From contig JAVBVW010000005.1 in the NCBI GenBank assembly GCA_036677745.1, positions 307,268 through 371,267 on the forward strand: a stretch of 64,000 nt of DNA. Reading direction: 5' to 3'. Origin of the DNA: Bacteroidales bacterium. GTDB lineage: Bacteria > Bacteroidota > Bacteroidia > Bacteroidales > UBA932. Below are positions 57,310 through 64,000 of the stretch, one piece after another. Numbering within the stretch: position 1 is the stretch's first letter; each line of letters starts with the position of its first letter. Position numbers and translations under genes: made by a program. The notes under the pieces are model-generated. The model saw only the letters and a list, made by a program, of their open reading frames with translations. It was not told the origin of the DNA and searched no databases.

Positions 57310-58383
57310 ATGAAAAATTTTCTGAATTCGTTGTTAATAGTGGTTGTTTTAGCCGTGGGGTGTTCAAAGGAGAACCTAAATACGACAAAGAATAGCACTG
57401 CGGAGGTTAATTTTTCTCTTATTCCGGTTGAATTTGGTGCACCGTTAACTCGGGCCGGAGTATTGGCAGACGAGAATACAATAAAAGATTTATGGATTTT
57501 ACAATTTGATGGTACTGCAGAAAACTCGCTCTTAATCAAGTCAGAATATATAACAGGAATAACAGATCCCGCCAATACACAGATTGTACTTAATCAAGGA
57601 GTAAATCACAGGGTAATTTTCATTGCAAACACCTTTGATCCTCTCCTTTTTGATGGTACAAATGCTCCGCTAAATACATATACATACTCCCAATTCAAAG
57701 GCAAAACAATATCTCTGGCAACTGAATCAGACATTTTTACCGGAAGCGGTACAAGCTATCTGAGAATGTACGGGTTATATGAGGGAGATCTTCCAAACAA
57801 GAGCGAATCTGTATTGTTATACCGAATATGTGCCAAAATAAATTTAACCTATACCTCCGAAGATGTTAGCTCTGTTACAGATGGTGTAAGGTTTAAGATA
57901 AACTCAGTACAGTTAAAAAATGTACCAACTACATACTCTTATATCTCTAATCCATCAAATGATATAGTTTTAACTCCGGCTTCTGTAACAGATTATCCGG
58001 TTACATCGGGATCGTTAACGGGGGCTGCCGGAGAGGCCTATAATATTGGAGATTACAGCGGTTATGTTACTTATTATTTCCCCGAAAATATTGCCGGGAT
58101 CAATAGCTCGGTTACATCACAGTTTAAAAAATCATTGTATGCTCCCGCAAAAGCAACATGGCTTGAAATAAAGGGTGAGGGTATTGGAAATGACGGAAGG
58201 TTAAATGAATATGCCACATTTAAATTCTATTTAGGGAATAACCTCACCGATAACTACAATGTAAATTCAAACACATCATATAATATTTCCATCAGATTTA
58301 AAGGGGTAGATGTAGCGGATATGAGGATGGAGGTTATCAGAATTTCTGATATCGAAATTTTTCAGGAAGAGGAGTGGTTATAA
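57310..58383 (+). CDS. FimA/Mfa1-like pilin lipoprotein (candidate stalk subunit)
   Basis: 357 aa with a lipobox (…LAVGCS), a canonical-looking maturation site PLTR|AG, DLWILQFDG, LYRICAKINLTY, and FKINSVQLKNVP motifs as seen in FimA/DUF4906-type pilins. Confidence 0.6.
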   Translation: MKNFLNSLLIVVVLAVGCSKENLNTTKNSTAEVNFSLIPVEFGAPLTRAGVLADENTIKDLWILQFDGTAENSLLIKSEYITGITDPANTQIVLNQGVNHRVIFIANTFDPLLFDGTNAPLNTYTYSQFKGKTISLATESDIFTGSGTSYLRMYGLYEGDLPNKSESVLLYRICAKINLTYTSEDVSSVTDGVRFKINSVQLKNVPTTYSYISNPSNDIVLTPASVTDYPVTSGSLTGAAGEAYNIGDYSGYVTYYFPENIAGINSSVTSQFKKSLYAPAKATWLEIKGEGIGNDGRLNEYATFKFYLGNNLTDNYNVNSNTSYNISIRFKGVDVADMRMEVIRISDIEIFQEEEWL

Positions 58384-58409
58384 CCTGTTTTTAAGCAGAT
58401 CGGATCATT

Positions 58410-60941
58410 ATGAAAAAGACTACAATATTATTCAAAACTATTATTTTTCTTGTATTAACATTTATTACAATCTCTTCATGTATAAAAGAGAAATATGATA
58501 AACCGATATTGAATAATGATGGAAGTATTCCTTTTATATGTGAGGGGAATGAGCCCAAAACCAAGACTACATTAAACGGGCTAACCACCAGTTGGATTGC
58601 AAACAGCGATAAAGTCGGCCTTTTTTCTCCACAGGCAACTACAGTTGCAGGCGGAGCAGCCGGGGTTGTTAATATACCCCTTACGGCACAAAACAACGGA
58701 GAGAGAGTTCAATTCAGCGGAACAGTTTTTTGGGGATCGGGCGAGCATGACTTCTACTCCTACTATCCATACACAGCAGGATCGCCCGAATATACAGCAG
58801 TTCCTGTTTCACTGCCAGCCGATCAATCTCAATTAAACGGAGATAACAGCGATCACCTCGGATCATTGGATTTTCTTATAGCAAAGCCATATAAGGCTAA
58901 ATTTCCGGGAAACTATTCAGACGGAGCAACCGTATCTTTAAAATACAGTCACCTTTTTGCAATATTAGAGTTTCAGATAATCAGGAGTTCAGGTACAGAT
59001 GCAATATCAAAAGTAAAACTAATAGGTAAAGTGCCCCTTGCTTTTGGGAGCGGCACGATAGATCTGTCACAAAGCACACCGGCCTCGGGTGTTTCCTATG
59101 TAATTGATGGAATGTCAAATACCTCCAACTCTGTTACAGTATCTCTGGGTACTGCCATAACCCCCACCACAGACTATTCTACAACCCCAAAGGTTTATAT
59201 GGTTGTTTTACCCGGCACACATGTTGGCGATTTAAAAATTGGGGTAGAAAGTGCAGGGGTTTTTAAAGAGGTTAAAAAAACAGATGCAACTTTTGAAAGA
59301 GGTAAAAAATATATTGTAAAAGTTGATGCCGATATGGCATCAATACCGGTGATAACGGGAAGTGAACTTGAGCCGGTTACTATAGATGGAACGACATGGA
59401 TGCCGGTAAATGCAGGTTACAGACAAGATCTTACGATGGGTGAATATTTTCAATGGTTCAGAAAATATGGATTCGGGCAACAACCGGAAATTATGCTGGC
59501 CAACGAAACATTATGGAACGATGATCTTGACCAGGAGACATCAATGGACAAATACAAAAATGTCTTTTTTAAATCCAAGGGTTCAGGATTTGACTGGATG
59601 CCTTGTTATCAAGCTGCATGGAATCTTACTGAAAAATTTAATCCTTGTCCGGCAGGCTGGAGGCTTCCTACCAAAGATGAGGCAACAACGCTCATCTCTT
59701 ACGGGAGCACAAGCATTCCTACTCAAAATGCCGGAGGCGTTGATGGTTTGGTTGGCAGATGGATAGGCCCAAATCATGATAATCCCGATCTTAGAACAAC
59801 AACTGCAGTTTTCTTTCCATATACCGGTATGATGTCATATAGTAACGGGTTGTTACCAAGTAGCTTTAGTGTTGGCTATTACTGGCTGGCCTATTATGGA
59901 GAACCGTCAACATTATATAATGGTCAGATGATGAGTGTAAATCAAAATCAAAGCACAAATCCAAACACTTCTCTTATGAATAAAGCTTACGGATTGTCTG
60001 TCAGGTGCGTAAAAAGAGAGTCTTCTGTTGAGCCCTTGCTCCATACAACAAAACCTGTGGATGTGCAGGAGGGGTTAGTTACATCGGGCGGATATATAGA
60101 AGAAGAGGGCTCTCTGCCGATTACCGAAAGAGGAGTTTTCTATGGAACCGCATCATTTCCTTCTTCAACCAATGTGGTTGCATCAACTGCGGGTTCGGGC
60201 TCCTTTACGGCTGATATTACGGGATTAGAGGAGTTAAAAACATACTATGTAAGAGCTTATGCCAAAAATTCTGCAGGAACAGTCTATTATGGTGATCAGT
60301 ATAAGTTTATTAAGAAAAATCCTGACAACTACAACGGAGAAGAGGTTACTATAAGCGGCGTTACTTGGGCTCCCTATAATGCCGGATACAGCGATCTATA
60401 TCCGTATGGTCTTTTATATCAGTGGCACAGAAAATACGGACAGACATACACAGGAGAAACACCGGCACCAACATTTTCATCAAGTGCGACTACTCTTTCT
60501 ACAGCATCTGGTTTTATAAATAAAAACAGGTTCTATTATAAAACCACCTCTCCATACGACTGTATCTCTCCTCAGCAAGCTTCATGGAATATGGACAGAA
60601 TGTATAACCCGTGTCCGGATGGTTGGAGAGTTCCTACAGATGCAGAGTTCCAGCTACTTATAGATTCAGGCAATTCTTGGGGGACAGGCCCCGGAGGTAT
60701 ACCCGGTATATGGTTTGGTGAAAATCATTCAGGTTCAAAAGAGGGTTGTGTATTTCTTCCTGCTTCTGGTTTCAGGGATCATACAGCTACAACGAATTTA
60801 AGAGATACGTGCGGACTATACTGGACATCATCAATAAATTCCATCAGTGCCAATGCACTAATTTTTTCCAGCGATAATACACCTGCTATCTCTGCTAGAT
60901 ATAGGGCGTCTGCAAATTCAGTAAGATGTGTAAAAGAGTAG
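58410..60941 (+). CDS. Fimbrillin-like lipoprotein with two FISUMP domains separated by an Ig/Fn3-like module
   Basis: 843 aa with a lipobox (…ISSCI) and a fimbrillin-like N-terminus (LKYSHLFAILEFQII). FISUMP domain 1 runs IDGTTWMPVNAGY…CPAGWRLPT…YGLSVRCVKRE. A middle module ends …YYVRAYAKNSAGTVYYGDQYKF. FISUMP domain 2 runs ISGVTWAPYNAGY…LLYQWHRKYGQ…CPDGWRVPT…ANSVRCVKE. Confidence 0.78.
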   Translation: MKKTTILFKTIIFLVLTFITISSCIKEKYDKPILNNDGSIPFICEGNEPKTKTTLNGLTTSWIANSDKVGLFSPQATTVAGGAAGVVNIPLTAQNNGERVQFSGTVFWGSGEHDFYSYYPYTAGSPEYTAVPVSLPADQSQLNGDNSDHLGSLDFLIAKPYKAKFPGNYSDGATVSLKYSHLFAILEFQIIRSSGTDAISKVKLIGKVPLAFGSGTIDLSQSTPASGVSYVIDGMSNTSNSVTVSLGTAITPTTDYSTTPKVYMVVLPGTHVGDLKIGVESAGVFKEVKKTDATFERGKKYIVKVDADMASIPVITGSELEPVTIDGTTWMPVNAGYRQDLTMGEYFQWFRKYGFGQQPEIMLANETLWNDDLDQETSMDKYKNVFFKSKGSGFDWMPCYQAAWNLTEKFNPCPAGWRLPTKDEATTLISYGSTSIPTQNAGGVDGLVGRWIGPNHDNPDLRTTTAVFFPYTGMMSYSNGLLPSSFSVGYYWLAYYGEPSTLYNGQMMSVNQNQSTNPNTSLMNKAYGLSVRCVKRESSVEPLLHTTKPVDVQEGLVTSGGYIEEEGSLPITERGVFYGTASFPSSTNVVASTAGSGSFTADITGLEELKTYYVRAYAKNSAGTVYYGDQYKFIKKNPDNYNGEEVTISGVTWAPYNAGYSDLYPYGLLYQWHRKYGQTYTGETPAPTFSSSATTLSTASGFINKNRFYYKTTSPYDCISPQQASWNMDRMYNPCPDGWRVPTDAEFQLLIDSGNSWGTGPGGIPGIWFGENHSGSKEGCVFLPASGFRDHTATTNLRDTCGLYWTSSINSISANALIFSSDNTPAISARYRASANSVRCVKE

Positions 60942-60956
60942 TAAGGTAATAATTGA

Positions 60957-61601
60957 GTGTTAATGATAAGACGAGCATATATAAAAACCGGGCTTCTGAT
61001 TGTGATTTTACTCACTTGCGGGCAGATTTATTCCCAAAACCAAAGCGGAGTGTTTTCGGCAGAGGTTACAGGCGGACCGGTATTTGCTGTGGGGGAGACA
61101 GGAGGGAACAGGCTAAAATATGGTAGGGGATTAGACGCTGTTTTAGCTGTTAATGTTTTTGCAAATACCGGCCTTTTTGGTGGATGGAGTGTAAACAGTT
61201 ATACGTCTGACGGGGTATTCAGTTACCGTGAATCAGGGTTAATATATGGCTTGCAGTTCACGATTAATCCAAAAGAGAGCATATATAAGATAGTTATCAG
61301 AGGCGGTGGGTTTTGGAGCAATCTGGATATTACAGGATCTGACAACACCTATGCCGCCGGGTACTCTTTTAATTCTGACTGGAAAAATGGTGCTCTTTTG
61401 TCAGCGATATTGTTGCGCTCTTTGGGTAAAGAGTGGTATATAAGTGGCAAATTTGACTATCGGCTCAGTATCTCCAGAGTAATATTACCGGAGATAATAT
61501 GGTCTGACGGAACGTCAGAATCACAGACTTATGTATTAATGCCACGCAACCTTTACCTTAACCAGGCAGGAATAAAATTTGGCATAGTTAAGACGTTTTA
61601 A
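60957..61601 (+). CDS. Small outer-membrane beta-barrel protein (paralog 1)
   Basis: 214 aa with a signal peptide (…QIYSQ), alternating beta-strand pattern and a C-terminal …GIKFGIVKTF (terminal Phe). The start is the GTG at 60957 or the ATG at 60963. Confidence 0.6.
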   Translation: MLMIRRAYIKTGLLIVILLTCGQIYSQNQSGVFSAEVTGGPVFAVGETGGNRLKYGRGLDAVLAVNVFANTGLFGGWSVNSYTSDGVFSYRESGLIYGLQFTINPKESIYKIVIRGGGFWSNLDITGSDNTYAAGYSFNSDWKNGALLSAILLRSLGKEWYISGKFDYRLSISRVILPEIIWSDGTSESQTYVLMPRNLYLNQAGIKFGIVKTF

Positions 61602-61695
61602 ATATTATTTGCACATTGGGGGCGCAATTATTCGCGTTCAGTTTTGTTATTTCCAAGTTCATAAGGTTTTGTTATTAGTATCATGTTCCTTTGAA

Positions 61696-61703
61696 TAATT
61701 TTG
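61696..61703 (+). promoter_or_regulatory. Candidate -7 box (TAATTTTG) for the second barrel gene
   Basis: TAnnTTTG ending 21 nt upstream of the ATG at 61725. Confidence 0.4.
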
Positions 61704-61724
61704 CGCCTCCAAATTAATATAGTT

Positions 61725-62351
61725 ATGAATTTCAAAAAAGTAATTTTAATTGCAGCAATAAGCCTGATAGCTTTATCCGGTTTTTCTCAGGAGGCTGGCA
61801 TAGCTAAAAAAACTAACAGGAGATTTTCAGTAGAGCTAGGTGGCGGAAGCTCTTTTGCAATCGGGAAACCAGCTGGATTTAAGCTAAGCAGTGGTATGGG
61901 TAGTGACGGAGTTATCGGATATACTGCCTATAAAAACTTTGGCCTTTTTGCAGGCTGGGGCTTCAATATGTTTGAGAGTGACTACTTCGACTTTGAGGAG
62001 ACAGGATACATGTATGGTATTCAGTACAGAAATTCATTTAAAGAGAGTAAATTTTCTTATACGTTAAGAGTAGGTGCTCTTTACAACCATATAGAGGTTG
62101 AGGGTGCTCACGATTCGTATTTCGATGGCTTCTATTCCGACAGCGGACATGGCCTTGGATTCCACACATCGGCTTCATTACAGTACAGTCTTGGTAAAGG
62201 ATGGGCGATCAACGGAAATGTCAAATTTCATCAACTGAAGAGAGATGTCCAATTGGAGGAGTCTGAGCTTCTTCCGGAACCGGATCAGACAGATTATTCA
62301 TTCAACCTTAAATATATTGGTCTGAGAATAGGAATTGTTAAGAATTTTTAA
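61725..62351 (+). CDS. Small outer-membrane beta-barrel protein (paralog 2)
   Basis: The ATG at 61725 gives MNFKKVILIAAISLIALSGFSQ. The C-terminus is …GLRIGIVKNF. It shares the GGG..FA.G…GLFAGWG/GLFGGWS pattern with paralog 1. The TTG start at 61701 is rejected because it lies inside the -7 box. Confidence 0.6.
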   Translation: MNFKKVILIAAISLIALSGFSQEAGIAKKTNRRFSVELGGGSSFAIGKPAGFKLSSGMGSDGVIGYTAYKNFGLFAGWGFNMFESDYFDFEETGYMYGIQYRNSFKESKFSYTLRVGALYNHIEVEGAHDSYFDGFYSDSGHGLGFHTSASLQYSLGKGWAINGNVKFHQLKRDVQLEESELLPEPDQTDYSFNLKYIGLRIGIVKNF

Positions 62352-62380
62352 AATATATTTGAAAAAAAACTTATTGGTGT

Positions 62381-63442
62381 TTGTTTAAGCGTGACTATTT
62401 CAGACCCTTTTCAGCCAGGAGCATTTTTATGCTTCTGGTTGCTTTGTCGTTTATAATCCAGCTGATTGTAGTATCATATAACCATTACACCGGGTATCAC
62501 TTAATCCGCTCGTGGTATGAAGTTCTGGTCAGAATAACAATAAGTACCGGAATAAGTACAATTGCAGGATTGGTAATTGTACTGATGAATCTGGCTTGTA
62601 TAAGGCTACTTAACAGGAATTTTCCGTGGTCTTCCAAGGCTCTTAAAAGAGGGGTGTTTCAAATGTCATTCACAATTCTTTCGGGAGTGATTATTTCACT
62701 AGTTGCCACATTTGTATCCAATAATTACATACATGCATACGAAGAGGAATTTTCCGGTGTAATCATTATTAATGCAATTCTCTTTGCTGTTGCCAATGTT
62801 TTATTAATGACAATACTTGAGGGCTGGATGTTTTTTAATGAAAACAAAAAGACCAATTTGGTTACGGGTAATCTTAAGTATGAATTAAGTCAGGTTAAAT
62901 TCGATATACTCAAAAATCAGATAAATCCCCACTTTATGTTTAATAGCCTGAATGTTCTTTCGGGGTTGATTAAAAAGGATATTTCTAAGGCGCAGTTATT
63001 TATCGAAGATTTCTCAAGTGTATACAGATATGTTGCTGAGACAATAGAGAGACCTCTTGTTACTCTTAAAATGGAGCTGGAATTTGTTGAAAGTTATCTT
63101 TATCTGCAAAAAATCAGGTATGGAGATATGTTACAGTATAAAGCAGATCTGCCCGAAAAATTTATGGATTATCAACTTCCTCCTCTCTCTTTGCAGGTCA
63201 TACTGGAAAATGCCATTAAACATAATATCGTAAGTGTTTCAGAGAGCCTGATGATTGAGATATTAATTAAGGACGAAAATCTTGTTATAAAAAATAAGAT
63301 CACACCAAAAAAATCATACGAAATATCAACAGGAACAGGACTAAGCAATCTTACCAAAAGGTATGCTTTTGTATGTAACAAGCACCCCGAATTTGTAAAA
63401 TCTGAGGGGTATTTCATCGCCAGATTACCACTAATAAATTAA
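62381..63442 (+). CDS. LytS/YehU-type sensor histidine kinase
   Basis: 353 aa with four to five N-terminal TM helices, the His_kinase motif QINPHFMFNSLNVL, and an ATPase N-box LQVILENAIKHN plus GTGLSNL. Confidence 0.85.
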   Translation: MFKRDYFRPFSARSIFMLLVALSFIIQLIVVSYNHYTGYHLIRSWYEVLVRITISTGISTIAGLVIVLMNLACIRLLNRNFPWSSKALKRGVFQMSFTILSGVIISLVATFVSNNYIHAYEEEFSGVIIINAILFAVANVLLMTILEGWMFFNENKKTNLVTGNLKYELSQVKFDILKNQINPHFMFNSLNVLSGLIKKDISKAQLFIEDFSSVYRYVAETIERPLVTLKMELEFVESYLYLQKIRYGDMLQYKADLPEKFMDYQLPPLSLQVILENAIKHNIVSVSESLMIEILIKDENLVIKNKITPKKSYEISTGTGLSNLTKRYAFVCNKHPEFVKSEGYFIARLPLIN

Positions 63443-63447
63443 AAATC

Positions 63448-64000
63448 ATGAAAGTACTTATTATTGAAGATGAGGTTTTAGCGGCAGAGAGGCTTGAGGA
63501 GATGTTACACGAAATAGATCCGTCTATTAATGTTGCTGCTAAAACAGGCTCAATAACTGAATCAGTTCAGTGGCTAAAAAGCAATATTGCAGATCTTATT
63601 TTTCTGGATATTCAGCTCTCTGATGGGTTGAGTTTTACGATATTTGATGAGGTCAAGATTACTACCCCTATTATATTCACAACAACATATGATCAGTATG
63701 CAATAAAGGCATTCGAACTTAATAGTGTTGCATATCTGCTCAAACCCATAAGTCAGAAAAGGCTGGCTGAGAGCATACAGAAATTTAAATCTCTTAAAAC
63801 AGCATTTGCCATAGATTTGTCGGCACTGTCACAAATGATAGGCAATAAAGAGAGTCGTTATAAAGAGAGGTTGCTAATACAGATAGGGCCGAATTACAAA
63901 AAGGTAGATGTTACAGAGATCGCCTATTTCTACGCCACTGATGCAGGAATATATGTAAGAACATTTAACGGGAACTCATACCCGATTGATTTTCCCCTTG
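63448..64000 (+). CDS. LytTR-family response regulator (3' end beyond window)
   Basis: The open frame from the ATG at 63448 reads MKVLIIEDEVLAAERLEEML… DLIFLDIQLSDG…FTTTYDQYAIKAFELNSVAYLLKP (receiver domain) and then enters a LytTR-like region. It is not in the ORF track because no stop falls within the window. Confidence 0.85.
   Translation, partial: MKVLIIEDEVLAAERLEEMLHEIDPSINVAAKTGSITESVQWLKSNIADLIFLDIQLSDGLSFTIFDEVKITTPIIFTTTYDQYAIKAFELNSVAYLLKPISQKRLAESIQKFKSLKTAFAIDLSALSQMIGNKESRYKERLLIQIGPNYKKVDVTEIAYFYATDAGIYVRTFNGNSYPIDFPL

Overview
This window looks like a chromosomal segment from an anaerobic member of the Bacteroidota (Bacteroidia-like). Support: many TAnnTTTG -7 promoter boxes directly upstream of start codons, a type V (FimA/Mfa-like) pilus locus made of lipoproteins, DUF3575, BF3164-type beta-propeller and FISUMP domains, and the conserved coaX-OMP-TPR-lptC-CBS/CorC-PPIase gene order. 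All calls come from reading the ORF translations and the DNA by eye. No searches were run, so family names are recognition-based and start codons are approximate.

Layout:
- 0.1-10.8 kb: core genes on the + strand (mfd, coaX, envelope and LPS-related genes).
- 11.0-24.5 kb: one tightly packed minus-strand gene train of about 13 kb. It starts with a promoter and a clear cobalamin riboswitch, followed by the B12-independent succinate-to-butyrate route (abfD, 4-hydroxybutyrate CoA-transferase, 4hbD, sucD), then bcd-etfBA. It ends in a five-gene [FeFe]-hydrogenase module: small 2Fe-2S protein, PAS-containing sensory HydS-like hydrogenase, PP2C phosphatase, small 2Fe-2S protein, group-B-like hydrogenase.
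- 24.6-30.2 kb: a visibly AT-richer accessory patch. It holds two BF3164-type beta-propeller lipoproteins, gene remnants, and a tandem array of four paralogous small secreted proteins of unknown family.
- 30.3-48.8 kb: core genes (ychF, rsmA, mutS, thyA-folA, SOD, FabK-like, SNF transporter, glycosyltransferase plus YfhO). Oddities are a twin MITE-like repeat, a DHFR with about 80 extra residues, and an SOD with a signal peptide.
- 49.1-64.0 kb: a roughly 12 kb type V pilus-like operon. It is headed by a degenerate kinase/receiver protein and a DUF3575 barrel protein. Two of its fimbrillin-like lipoproteins carry C-terminal FISUMP domains. It is followed by two small barrel proteins and a LytS/LytTR pair.

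The most interesting items are the B12 riboswitch in front of a B12-independent butyrate/H2 super-operon, the HydS-PP2C-hydrogenase module, the repeated 'small secreted paralog(s) then propeller lipoprotein' module, and the FISUMP-tipped pilus locus. No rRNA, tRNA, CRISPR, transposase or integrase was seen.
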